From Octopus bimaculoides (Eukaryota), in assembly GCF_001194135.2 (NCBI RefSeq), contig NC_068991.1:26712052-26776051 (forward strand): a stretch of DNA of 64,000 nt, in the 5' to 3' direction. Made by a program: the position numbers and the translations under genes. Within the stretch, counting starts at the first letter, position 1, and each line of letters begins with the position of its first letter. Positions 26,296 to 38,610 of this stretch are shown here, piece after piece. Below the pieces are notes generated by a model. That model was not told the origin of the DNA. It did not search any database and worked only from the letters and a program-made list of their open reading frames with translations.

Positions 26296-28584
26296 ACTTG
26301 GCCTTAAATATTACCCGCCTAATTGTAAGTGCCTTATTATTTGTGCATTGTTGAGCACATATGAAATGATTTTTTCTTTGCGTACCTGTATATATTTAAT
26401 TATTACCACAATTCGCTATATACGAGGTTTAGCCAAATTTCGTTCCCTTGTGGCTTTTATTGAACCGCTGAATTACCAGTACTAGTTGCCTCCCCTTAAC
26501 CACTATCCCGTAGATCTCCCTAATTCTTCCCTCATGCATGTTATAACGTTAAGATACTGAAGGACATAAACGACCCCACGCTATCCATTGACTGTATATT
26601 TTTTCTTTTCTTGTTTATTTTATAAACAAATCCTTTGTAACGGTTTTAACTTGTAACCCCGGTTCAAACTGTAACTAACCAATTGTAGAGATCGCCGGAC
26701 TTAGACTTGCTCAATTGTGGACCATAAGTGATGCTCTCGGTATTAATTTCTGTGAGTAAATGTTTCTTAAGCAGCCTACGATAATTGTTTACTTTTACTT
26801 CAGTTTGCTCCATTAGCATAGGTACTGCTCGCTGATAATCATATTAGTATTTTTCTTTATATATAGTTTCTTGATAACTTCTGTTTTTAAAAATCCTGAC
26901 ACCCCTCTTCAGATTGCACCTACCCGTTAATAAATTGTAGCATTCCCTAGACCATTACTAGCTCACTCTTTTACCTACCGACCCTGTAGCCCCTGATGGT
27001 AAATTATTTGCTCTTAACATATTTTCTTTCCTTTTTTCTTCTTCCTTTTGTTTCTATTGTTTGCTCTTCTTTCTCACTCTGATGAAGATCCGTTGCTTTA
27101 ATTCGAATGCCCTATGAAGATGAAGAACTTTATTCTTGCATTTATTTATAGACTGTATTTTGGTAGCCGATCAGTAACGGTTGTAAGATATATTACGTCA
27201 CCTATTTTGTTATGTCATGCTTTGTACTAAAAAAATAAGCTATAAATGCTGTCTAATCGATGTGTTTGTTAATCTGTGGTTTTCTCCATTTTCTAAATAT
27301 ANNNNNNNNNNNNNNNNNNNNNNNNNNNNNNNNNNNNNNNNNNNNNNNNNNNNNNNNNNNNNNNNNNNNNNNNNNNNNNNNNNNNNNNNNNNNNNNNNNN
27401 NNNNNNNNNNNNNNNNNNNNNNNNNNNNNNNNNNNNNNNNNNNNNNNNNNNNNNNNNNNNNNNNNNNNNNNNNNNNNNNTATATATATATATATATATAT
27501 CGTTGGAGCGGAAACGTGGGAGTGTAATTACGTTTGTAAGAAGATTAGAGTTGATAAAAAATTTTATGTTGTAAGAATATTAACTACACCTGTAGAGTAC
27601 CAGCGCCCCTTTACATTCTGCTAGCAGTGATTTATGAAAACATTTGTATTTGTTGACTTGTTTCGAACGATCCACAACACTCCACTGTCGGTGTCCGTGT
27701 TAATCTTACAATATATCAAACTTGCACAATTCAAGATATCACATAACACAACTTAACAATCATACACCTCTATACAATTGAAATCAATCACTATGTCACA
27801 TAGCATAACATATTGCGACTATCATATTCAGTCTTAGAAGATTTGCCATTGCTCTCTGGCATTTCAACATATGCACGCTCTAACAGAACACCGCCAAAGT
27901 TGAACAAGTTTTAAATAAACTGACTTATGCGATGAAGCTTTCATTTCAATGACATCCTCTCAAGATAACGTTATTTGTGTGAAACTCAAACTCTTAGAAA
28001 TAGTAATATTTATTTAGTATAATATTATAATTCAATGTATAAAACCATAGTGAGTAAATTTCGTCAAACCGCCCGTAAATTTGCATAATATTTACCCATA
28101 TTAGTGAACGTGCGCCTAAGAGTGTATCCATATGTTGTATGCGTAGTTATCTTACGTATATATATATATATGTTGCAGAAATCATTTCATTATAGCTGAG
28201 AAATTGTAGAGACAAAGGTTTTTTTTTTTACTAACAAGGTCGAATCACTATTTGCATTGAAACAATGATGGGGATGGCGATAACTTGTAACCAATTGCTT
28301 TTTCGTTCAATAAATCGATAGAACATACATCAAATACACCAAATAATAGGGATAACATATATATATTTTTAGCAATCTATTCCCTCCAGGTTTCTACTGT
28401 AACTTTGCCCAATACACATAAGAACGCCATCAACTGTGAAAAACTAGTTTCCAGTTGCTCTTGATAAAATAATTACGCAATTTCATTTGATACACCAAAA
28501 AAGTATTGTACGAAACATCTCACAAAAAGCTGCAAAGGATATTATGTGTAAATGAACGTGAAAATTATTATCATTATCATTTTT

Positions 28585-28591
28585 TATTTTC

Positions 28592-28650
<59 letters not shown>

Positions 28651-28847
28651 GGTAGCGAGCAACAAGATTCGTTACTGTACCAGGCAAAATGCTTAGTGGC
28701 CTTTCGCCCGTCTGTACATTATGAGTTCAAATGCCGCCAAGGTCGACTTTGTTTTTCATCCTTTGGAGACCCATAAATTAAGTACCAGTGAAACCCTGGT
28801 GTCGATGAGTTTGAATAGACCTCTCAAGGCACCCTTCAGTAGAAAAG

Positions 28848-28879
<32 letters not shown>

Positions 28880-28901
28880 CATCATCATCATCATCATCAT
28901 T

Positions 28902-28936
<35 letters not shown>

Positions 28937-28963
28937 AATAATAATAATAATTATTATTATTAC

Positions 28964-29014
<51 letters not shown>

Positions 29015-29033
29015 CATCATCATCATCATCATA

Positions 29034-29069
<36 letters not shown>

Positions 29070-29097
29070 GTTATTATTGTTATTATTATATTATTTT
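28585..29097. repeat. (ATT)n/(ATC)n trinucleotide arrays
   Basis: Direct inspection; interrupted by a SINE B copy. Confidence 0.95.
28651..28846 (+). mobile_element. SINE family B, degraded copy embedded in the ATT array
   Basis: ggtagcgagc.. head, gagttcaaatgccgccaaggtcgacttt, ataaattaagtaccagt, tail agtagaaaagattatt. Confidence 0.75.
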
Positions 29098-29099
29098 TT

Positions 29100-30678
29100 A
29101 AAAATGAGATATGGCCCGTTCTATTTTGCTGAACCGGGATCATCCCTTGACCATAGGGTCACAGCAGGTTCTCATCTCATGGAGAGTACACGGTGTAAAA
29201 TGTGTGCGGAACCTAGCAACACTCTTTTCTGAAGTTCTCCCGTGTTAACACTGCAAGGGAGTTTGTTGAGCTGCTTATCAAGTCCCTTTTTAATTAGCCC
29301 TAACGCTCCAATAACCACTGGTAATGTGCTGCTTTTCATTCCCCACACCTTGGTCACTTCTATTTCTAGGTCTTTGTACTTAAATAACTTCTCAACTTCT
29401 TTAATGAACACATTTCTCTCTGATGGTACTGTCACATCTATCATTAAGCATTTCTTATTCTTCCCATCTTTGACGATTATGTCCGGCCTGTTTGCTTTGA
29501 TTTCTTTATCGGTGTTGATTGGCATGTCCCAGAGTACTGTTTTATAACATCATCTGTTCCGGTCACAGTTTCAGGTTTATACTGGTACCATCTTTCTGAA
29601 GTTGGAAGCTGGTAGTATTTGCATAACTTTCAGTGGATATATTGCGCTACTCTATCGTGTCTAAGAATATATTCGCTTTTTGCAAGCGCTGTGCATCCAG
29701 TTAAGATGTGGTCCACTGTTTCATCCTGCTCATGACACATTCTGCATTTCGGGACAGTGCCATCGTTCATTATTTTGTTGTGGTAAGCCCTGGTTGTCAA
29801 GCTTTGATCTTGTGTTGCTATGGTAAAACTTTCGGTTTCAACCTTCAGTCCTGAGCTCTTCATCCATACATGAGTGTATCGTTTTTCTATGTCTGGTTTG
29901 TTCCCTCTACATGGGTATCGGCCATGCATCGGTTTTTCTAGCCATTCCTCTTTGCTCTAACTTCAGGGCTTGTGTTTTCATCTCTTCCTTAACTCTTTTA
30001 GCAAACGGGGTTACTTTCTCACTCGTCTTCATCCTTGGTTCCTCCGTCATCAGTTCTTTCTTAAGCTGTACAGATTCTTTGTATACCGAGTATAGCTTCT
30101 TTACTTTATCTTGCTGGTGCACAAGCTTCATTAGAGGATTTTTTGACAGCTCAAGATATGTATTTAATCCTACAGCGGTGGTTTTGCAAGATAATTCTAA
30201 TTGAGTTAGTACTCTTCCTCCTATGCTTCTCGGTAAATAAATCCTGTTCACGTCCGCTTTTGGGTGGTTCATTCGGGCCATGGTTAGTAATTTTCTGGTC
30301 TTGGAGTCTAGCTTCTTTATTTCGCTCATTTGCCAGTTGATTATGTTCAAACTGTAAGCTACGATTGGTACTGCAAGAATGTTAATGGCTTCTAATTTGT
30401 TTGCAGCGTTGTCTTCGGTCTTTGTTACTAACCGCACTCTCCTGTAGTACTCTTTTCTAATCTTCTCTTTCATTGCTGAATACCTTATGCCGTTACTTTC
30501 GTCTATGTCAAGGTATTTATATACTTCCTGGTTCAGTGCTCGGATTCTTGCTTCTGTATCTACGTGGATATCCGCAGAACATGCCAGTTTGCCTCTTATG
30601 AAAGTGGCTTTCGCGTATTTCTCTAGTCCAAACTGCATCCTGATATCACCACTGAACGTTTTAACCGTAGCAAGTAGA
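29100..30678 (-). mobile_element. 5'-truncated R4/Dong-clade non-LTR retrotransposon (RT C-terminus, CCHC finger, RLE endonuclease), pseudogenised
   Basis: LLATVKTFSGDIRMQFGLEKYAK..YKYL (RT domains 6-7), CRMCHEQDETVDHILTGC..RHDRVA (zinc knuckle), NRPDIIV..IDVTVP..KYKDL..PVVIGALG (PD-(D/E)xK RLE); short 3' UTR followed directly by (AAT)n. Confidence 0.9.
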
Positions 30679-30679
30679 C

Positions 30680-31155
30680 ATATGTGATGTAGTCCTCTTC
30701 GTCGTTCTTTTTTAGGTTCAAACAATTCCAGCGTGTATTAAATAACGAGCTTTTCTCGTTAAAAAATTTACACAATATGTCTATTTCATTTCTAAATTTC
30801 CCGACTGAAGGTTTTTGAGGAGTACGTAATTGCTGTAATGCTCATGTTCTCCTGGTGCCAGTTTTGTTCAGATTAGATGTGTTTTCACATCGTCGTCCCA
30901 ATCTTTACACTCTTTGTTGAAGATCTGTTCGTATCTTCGATAGTACGCCTCGAATGTAACTCCGTCTGCGCCATACTTAAACCCCATTATTGAGTTTCCA
31001 ACATAGTCTGGTGAGAACATCTTTTCAGCATTTTTGGACGACTTACTGTTTATTAATTGCAGCATTTGTTGCTGTAATAGCAACTGTTGCTGTTGTTTTT
31101 ACAGTTGTTGTTGCTGTTTTTGCAACTCGAGCAAACCGGCCAACAATTCTTCCAT
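30680..31155 (-). mobile_element. Ty3/Gypsy-type gag remnant
   Basis: MEELLAGLLELQKQQQ..FSPDYVGNSIMGFKYGADGVTFEAYYRRYEQIFNKECKDWDDDVKTHL.KLAPGEHEHYSNY..FFNEKSSLFNTRWNCLNLKKNDEEDYITY, resembling gag N-termini of invertebrate Gypsy (K02A2.6-like) polyproteins; frameshifts and stops present. Confidence 0.75.
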
Positions 31156-31884
31156 AATTTTACCAGGTACTATAGGATGAAATCATACATTATGATGTTG
31201 TTTCCTTGACGTTTCCCAATGAATCCATCTTGAAGAACGTAAATCAAAAATAAAAAGTTTCAGAATTGAAATACAAACAAAAAGGACTGTTTAAAGAAGT
31301 ACTATAAGTGTGCTATAGTTAAATACTTCATAACATTTTTTAAAAAATTCTACGTCCTCATATTGGCTGATTCAAAAATACTTTGAACTAAAATCTAATA
31401 ATAAAATGAAGTCAGTTTTGAATTGCCAACAGAAGTCGTGAAAAGAAGAACAAAGAACGCGTCATTGAATTTATTCAATATAGAATTTCACACAGAAAAA
31501 AAGGTTGGCAAAATAAAAATGGACTAAAATGGCATGAATACGCTAAGGTCACTGAGTAACCATCTCTCTTACTGCTGCTAACTGTAGCAATAACAAAATT
31601 ACATCAATAGTAGTGGACATTTAATCAATTAAACGAGTGTTCAAAAATATTGGCCTTGGATCTAGGTGAAATATATCAACAGTGTACGCTTTAGATTGGA
31701 AAGGTATAAATAACGCCCTATAAATCTTAGGAAGGTGAAGTCAGTTCACTTTATTAACGTACATTTTGTACGAAATATATTAAATTTGCAATATATTCTA
31801 CATTGAATGTTTAATAACACAGGGTTCCTACACATCCAGAATGTATGTAATACATACATACATACATACATACATACATACATA

Positions 31885-31993
31885 GCCCGAGGCTATAGTA
31901 GAAGACACATGACCAAGGTGGCACGCAGTGTGACTGAACCCGGGACCATGTGGTAGGGAACCAAGCTTCTTATCGCACAATCACGTCTGTGCC
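31885..31993 (-). mobile_element. SINE family C, 5' portion
   Basis: gcccgaggctatagtagaagacac..ccaaggtggcacgcagtg..actgaaccc, flanked by (TACA)n and (TA)n(GT)n. Confidence 0.82.
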
Positions 31994-31994
31994 T

Positions 31995-32107
<113 letters not shown>

Positions 32108-32446
32108 TATGTATATACCCTCCTTTGTCAATCTCTAAGTTCAGTGCTTTTGCGACTTTGAAGTTGTTTTCACTCCACTTTTGTGATATCTATTAATTGT
32201 GTCTATTAATATCTATTAATTGGTTCGAATCGCTATAATAAGCCACTCATTTGAGTTTGTTTATATATTATATATATATATGCATAAATACATAAGCGCT
32301 GGCACACACACGCACCCACACACTCACATACACACACAATATTAATCAACTGGACCCGTGAGAAATTCACGGAAAATATAAAAAATGTAAGCATCTGTAA
32401 CTTGTGTGCTGGTGCCATGAGAAATATTTCTATATTGTGACAGTTA

Positions 32447-32606
32447 AAGGCGACGACCTGGCAGAATCGTTAGCACACCTGACGAAGTGCTTAGCGGTAT
32501 TTCGTCTGCCTTTACGTACTGAGTTCAAATTCTGCCGATGTCAACTTTGCCTTTCATCCTTCGGAATCGATAAATTAACTTCTAGTTGTGTACTGGGGTC
32601 GATCTA
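32447..32606 (+). mobile_element. SINE family B, 3'-truncated copy
   Basis: aaggcgacgacctggcagaatcgttagcac..gagttcaaattc..ctttgcctttcatccttcgg..ggggtcgat. Confidence 0.85.
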
Positions 32607-32740
32607 AAACCGATAACTATACAATCCAACCAAAATATCACAGTTACACAAACGTAAGCAGAATTACTATTTAGTCTTAAAATACATCGTACATATTCAG
32701 AGAACCCTCTTGGTTTAGTGGTTCGGAACGGTTTTCTCGT

Positions 32741-33163
32741 ATTCTTTTATTCTTTTACTTATTTCAGTCATTTGCCGGTGGCCATGCTGGAGCACCACCC
32801 TTTAGTCGGGGAAATTGAGCCCTGAACTTATTTCCTGTATGCTTGGTGCTTATTCGATCAGTCTCTTCTCCTGAACAGCTAAGTTTCTGGGATGCAAACA
32901 CATCAACATCTGTCGTCACGCAACGGTGGCGAGGGGACAAACACAGACACAAAGACACGCACACACATATATATACACACATACATTTATATATTTATAT
33001 ATACGAGAGGCTCCTTTCAGTTTCCGTCTACCAAATCCACACACAAGGCTTTTTCGGCCCGCGGCTATAGTGGAAGATACCTGCCCAAAGTGCCACGCAG
33101 TGGGAGTGAAGCCGGAATCGTGTGCGTGAAGCAAGCTACGTACCACACAGCCACTCCTGCGCC
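32741..33163 (-). mobile_element. SINE family C, full length
   Basis: Homologous to 24690-25304 over head, core and 3' body, with a different internal microsatellite. Confidence 0.88.
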
Positions 33164-33171
33164 TATATATG

Positions 33172-33258
<87 letters not shown>

Positions 33259-33344
33259 GTACATATATACATATATATATGTACATATATACATATGACG
33301 GGCTTGGAGGTAGTGGTGATGCTGGCTGGTGCGTATATGTATAT

Positions 33345-33552
33345 GTATATATTTGTTTGTCTGTGTTTGTACCCCACCATCACTTGACAACCTATGTTGA
33401 CCCCGTAACCTAGCAGTTCAAGAAAAGAGACTGATAGAATAAGTACTAGGCTTAAAAATAATAAGTCCTGGGATTGATTTATTCCACTAAAGGCTCTGCT
33501 CCAGCATGGCCGCAGTCATAATTAGTGAAACAAATAAAAGAATACAAGAATA
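33345..33552 (+). mobile_element. SINE family C, 3' half in opposite orientation
   Basis: gatagaataagtactaggctt..ctccagcatggccgcagtca..aaagaata is the reverse complement of the 32741-32950 motifs. Confidence 0.82.
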
Positions 33553-34426
33553 AATATGGGTGGCTTATTATCAATTTAACGACCTAAAAGCAAATTTATA
33601 GACGTCACTAATGTGGCAGATTGTGCAAAGTGGTACCAGCTTTGCTAGAAATAATAGTCAAAACGACGGTTGTTAAGTTGCTAATAAGCCATCCATATTT
33701 ATAATTTTCAGTTCTACCGTTTTAGAAATCAGCACATATTTTAAACGGCTTTGCTTATAAGTTAACAGGGTGAGTTGGGATTAACCCTAAGCGCAGTAAG
33801 AGCCACTGACGAGAATTAAGATGCTCTGCATCAAAATTCGAAATCACGTGAAATGACTATATCTGCGACCGTAGAGAGCTTTGTCTCTCTGGTCATCTTA
33901 TTATGATAGTGCTCTGCTGGCTAATGTGTCGTTCTGACTCTTATTTCTAGCAATGCTAGTACCACTCTGTACCTTCTGTCACTTTAGTGACGTCTATGAA
34001 TGTGCTTTTAGGTTGTCAAATTGCTATTAAGCCACCCATATAATATATATATAAATAAATAAATATATATTTATATATATATATATAATATTGCGTAACA
34101 TATTTTGGGAACTCCAGACAGCGGTGTATATTAAACTGAAGAAAAAAATTGTGAACGTATCCTCTTCTCTCCCTTTAATACAGTTAATAATTCTAGTAGA
34201 GCAGTTTTAGAGGAGTGTTTCTTCAATTCTCTCGAAATTAAAAAAGGTATGTAACAGAATTGCACTTCATAAATTTGGGAGTTGGAAGGTATCATATCTA
34301 ATGCCTTCGGTATATATTAGAAAGTGTAATGCATTTGGTGAGCAATAGGGTCGCTGCTTAGTGGTTTCAAAACGAGAAACATTGATTGCCTAAATTTCTA
34401 GGAGCAAGATCATTAACGAGAGATTA

Positions 34427-36172
34427 CACTGGTTTGCATTTGGTAATTCGTTCCTTTTTTTTATTCATCGATGTGAATGATTCTTGAGTCGCTGATTTTA
34501 AATATCTAAATCATTTTGCTCTATCACATAAAGATTTAAATATCTAAACCATTTTGCTCTATAACATAAAATACAATTTAATGATAATAGGAAATGTGAA
34601 TTTTTATAAATGGGTACTTTATTAAAATAAGGTAAGTGATCATGGAAAGTAATATTCTGTTAGCTTTAAGAACGCATATATTCCAAATAAACAAGAAATG
34701 AATCATGTTCATCTCGAAATGAATCTTAAATCATAAACATCAAATCAAATGAATGTAAATAAAAATATGCTCCTAATGGTTATTCTACATATTGATTCAA
34801 AGGAAGGACGACGGCTTTGAATTCCGCTTGTGCAGTGCATCCGGACCATCACGTTTCAGTTATCAACAGAAATCCACTGACATTTCATTGGCCCTACTAT
34901 CGAGTTTCTATGGTACAAATATACTGATGGAATCGCTCTTGTTGTTTCTCACTGTAGTCCCCACAATTCTTGGGAAAATAGTCGAGATGTGCGTGCAAAA
35001 AGTACATCTTGACACTCATTCTAGGCCCAAGTTGTGGTAAACTTGAGATCAGGTCTTCGATAATTTTTCATATTCTGAGGCGCAGCTGTTTTCCAACATT
35101 TGGACATTCTGCTTGAAGGAAAACCAGGCATTCACTCGAGGCCTGCTAATGCATCCTCAAAATGCTTGTGCATTTATTTTCAAATCTGGGGGCCAACAAA
35201 AATTCCTGCCTTTAGCTTGCCTTCGATTTGAGAAAGAAACTTTGACTCCAGGTACTTAAAGGCAGCCCCATTCTTGTTCAGAGCCTTCACAAAAAAATTC
35301 ATGGGCCCTAATTTGATGTGGAATGGTGGTAGCAGAATTTTCTTGGGGTCAACTGGTAGCAAAGCTTTCACGTTGTGGTGACCTGATAAGAGGCTAGTGC
35401 TTAGTGGTCAGTCATTTTTTTCATAGTGCTCGGTTTCTGCTCTACTACTCCAACGAAAAAGCAAAGAAGGATACTTGGTGCATTCCCATTGGAAGACCTA
35501 ATAGGAAAGCAATAACTTTCAAACCACCACAAATAAGAAAACTGTAATTACAGTACTTGATGGCAGTTATTAGTGTCTTCATATTCTTATAAGTTTCTGA
35601 TATTTGAAACCTATAGACATTTGCCACAGATGCCGCGGTGTTGCCATTCTAGAACAGCACTTAAACTTTTGTTACAAGAATCAACAAAGAGGCTCCATTG
35701 ATCTGCTTTGTACCACATCCCCATGTGTTCAATAAGGCCAGAAATATTTGAACTGAAACCTAAAGAGTCCCGTTTCTCAAAAAACGATTTCACTTCACGA
35801 TCATGGTACCAAGTGAATGATGTTCCAGGAGATAGAAGCCTGTGTTAATTCAGTCTAGAAACAAAGTAAATGTGCACTTTTTTTTGGACGGCTAAGGCCT
35901 CTCACCAGGTCAACTTGATTGAAGAGTTTGAGATCGTCATTTGTTGGTGGTTTATATTCTACTTCCATCTCATTACTATCACTAGTATCAGACTCTGATG
36001 AAATTTCCCGTCTCAGTTGGCACAGGTAGAGGAATATCATCTGAGTGTGGAACAGGCCTTTTTGCTGACGGTTTATTTGGATATATTATGCGATCCGTAT
36101 TTATATTATTCCTAAACATTGAAAATTCCTCGTGCATTATACACCACAGAAACTTAGCCTTGTCATTATATA
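34427..36172 (-). mobile_element. Chapaev3-like (CMC superfamily) DNA transposon, transposase pseudogene
   Basis: YPNKPSAKRPVPHSDDIPLP, WSLFVDSCNKSLSAVL, ICGGLKVIAFLLG, KILLPPFHIKLG..FVKAL..GIFVGPQI, MSVKMYFLHAHLDYFP..SEKQQERFHQ..LKRD; CACTG at 34427 as a likely terminus. Family assignment is from recalled motif similarity. Confidence 0.8.
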
Positions 36173-36359
36173 NNNNNNNNNNTGTGTAAAATAGCCTACA
36201 GGCTAGCTCCTGCGGAGGGCACATTTGAGGCCTGCGGCCCCATTATCTGGCTTCTTTGTGACCCTCTACTTTTGTAATTAAGCTTATTTTTGCAAATGTG
36301 CTAATCACTGATACTGATCGTAATTTCATCAATAAACGTAGCAGCGAAGTAAATGTAGT

Positions 36360-36690
36360 AAAATTAGGCGGGGTCAGTGGGGACCCATTTAACCTCTTTG
36401 CGATATTCCCTAGGCTTTCATGGTATGAAATTCATTATCATTGCTCGGATTTGGTCGCCAGTGCCATGTATTGAGCTTAAAATGGAGAAAAAATAGGGGG
36501 TCTGTAGGGGCCCAAATTAAGTGGTCGTGAAAAAGATAGACATACTTAGAACATTCCTTGGGATTAGGGGAGTTGCTGGTTTGAGTTTCGTTGTCATTGC
36601 GCCAACGGACTAGGAGGAGTTAAAAAACATAAAAACATAACGGACAGAGAAACCTCACTCAAATTTATATCAAGATATATATATATATAT
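36360..36690 (+). mobile_element. Possible non-autonomous Helitron/HINE-like fragment
   Basis: 3' end ggaggagtt..aaacataacggacagaga..ctcaaatttatat resembles the end of 62720-63300. Confidence 0.35.
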
Positions 36691-36711
36691 AGATACATAT
36701 ACGGGTCCAAT

Positions 36712-36836
36712 TACAAAGCTTTCGTCAACCCAACGATATAGTAGATGACCATCGCCTAAAATGCTACGCAGTGTGTCTGAAACCCGAACCATGTGGTTGG
36801 GAAGCAAGTTTCTCATCAAACAGCCACGCCTGTGCG
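36712..36836 (-). mobile_element. SINE family C, diverged 5' portion
   Basis: acccgaaccatgtggttgggaagcaag..cagccacgcctgtgc matches the family C head. Confidence 0.75.
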
Positions 36837-37566
36837 CACAAATATATGTATGTATATATATATATATATATANNNNNNNNNNNNNNNNNNNNNNNNNNNN
36901 NNNNNNNNNNNNNNNNNNNNNNNNNNNNNNNNNNNNNNNNNNNNNNNNNNNNNNNNNNNNNNNNNNNNNNNNNNNNNNNNNNNNNNNNNNNNNNNNNNNN
37001 NNNNNNNNNNNNNNNNNNNNNNNNNNNNNNNNNNNNNNNNNNNNNNNNNNNNNNNNNNNNNNNNNNNNNNNNNNNNNNNNNNNNNNNNNNNNNNNNNNNN
37101 NNNNNNNNNNNNNNNNNNNNNNNNNNNNNNNNNNNNNNNNNNNNNNNNNNNNNNNNNNNNNNNNNNNNNNNNNNNNNNNNNNNNNNNNNNNNNNNNNNNN
37201 NNNNNNNNNNNNNNNNNNNNNNNNNNNNNNNNNNNNNNNNNNNNNNNNNNNNNNNNNNNNNNNNNNNNNNNNNNNNNNNNNNNNNNNNNNNNNNNNNNNN
37301 NNNNNNNNNNNNNNNNNNNNNNNNNNNNNNNNNNNNNNNNNNNNNNNNNNNNNNNNNNNNNNNNNNNNNNNNNNNNNNNNNNNNNNNNNNNNNNNNNNNN
37401 NNNNNNNNNNNNNNNNNNNNNNNNNNNNNNNNNNNNNNNNNNNNNNNNNNNNNNNNNNNNNNNNNNNNNNNNNNNNNNNNNNNNNNNNNNNNNNNNNNNN
37501 NNNNNNNNNNNNNNNNNNNNNNNNNNNNNNNNNNNNNNNNNNNNNNNNNNNNNNNNNNNNNNNNNN

Positions 37567-37606
<40 letters not shown>

Positions 37607-38139
37607 GAAAATATTTCAGTGAGGAATCACACGTGGTGGATATATAGAGAGAATAAGAAAAGATGAAAAAGCACAGGTTTGCTTTACAGGATTTAAGAGT
37701 ACATTAGAGCCATGATAATAAAGACTCTATACAATTTCCTAGAAAATAAGGTTTTGTTATGTTAACATAATTGAAGTAAGGACCAGTTTCGTATTGCTCA
37801 TCAAACTGAGATTTGAAAGAGTTAAATTGCTAGGATGAAAAAAGTTTTGTTAGGGGAGATAATTGTACACTCATTTATTTTGTAGTAATGGTGAGTTAAA
37901 TCTTTAATTTTTATTTTAGTATTTTGTTTTTGTGTCCTCTACTTTATTCTGGCTTAATATCTTCCATTAGATGGGGTAAGTCTTATATTTTAAATATGGG
38001 TTCATATCTAATTCTCGTTTATATATTTTTGGATAAAAGATGTTTCTTTATTCAGTCTTACTTGTGTTGGGGTCTCGAGGGCAAGTTGATAGAATGGGAA
38101 AATTACGAATTTTGGTTGTAATCGTTCCGTACATTTGTC

Positions 38140-38610
38140 AATGTGTTGACTGAAAGCTCTGATGCAAGTGAAGTACGACTTTCTAGGCAAAGCCAAAAAC
38201 AAAGACTGTCTCTCCAGTCTGAAAGCTGTAATGCAAGGGATGAACGACTTTCTAGACCAAGACAGAGGCAAACGGTCTCGGCAAAATGAAACCTTTGGTG
38301 ACTGTAAAAGAAAGACAGGACCAAGATACATTTCGCCATATATCTACAAGAAGAAATTAGCATGAAGAAGTGAGACAAAAGCGTTTGATCGCTGATAGAT
38401 TTAGCCATATGTTTGTAAGAAGAAATTAGTCTGAAGAATAGAGACAACAGCGTTTGAATGCTGATAGAAACAGGTTTCAAAATTTAAGACAACGTGAGAT
38501 TCAAAATGCTAAACTTTCTGCATTACTGTATGACAAAAATGACACATGTAACAAGGCTGCTATTTGAGAAATGACCAAACTTTGTCAGTGTGGCGCTTGC
38601 CGATAACTGA
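38140..38610 (+). mobile_element. Helitron Rep/helicase N-terminal fragment with 69-bp (23-aa) repeats, pseudogenised
   Basis: TESSDASEVRLSRQSQKQRL..ESCNARDERLSR..; HEEVRQKRLIADRFSHMFVRRN.SEE.RQQRLNADRNRF..LYDKND..AI*EMTKLCQCGAC, resembling the R-rich 'E..RL' repeats and IG.M...C..C motif preceding the Helitron zinc finger. Confidence 0.6.

Noticed and set aside
27075-27125. CTGATGAAG hammerhead-like core
   Set aside because: No downstream GAAAC or convincing stems I and II; at best a decayed motif.
29907-30725. 272-aa ORF as an intact RT gene
   Set aside because: Chimeric start from an out-of-frame gag remnant, lacks the catalytic YxDD and ends at a frameshift; it is part of a truncated element.
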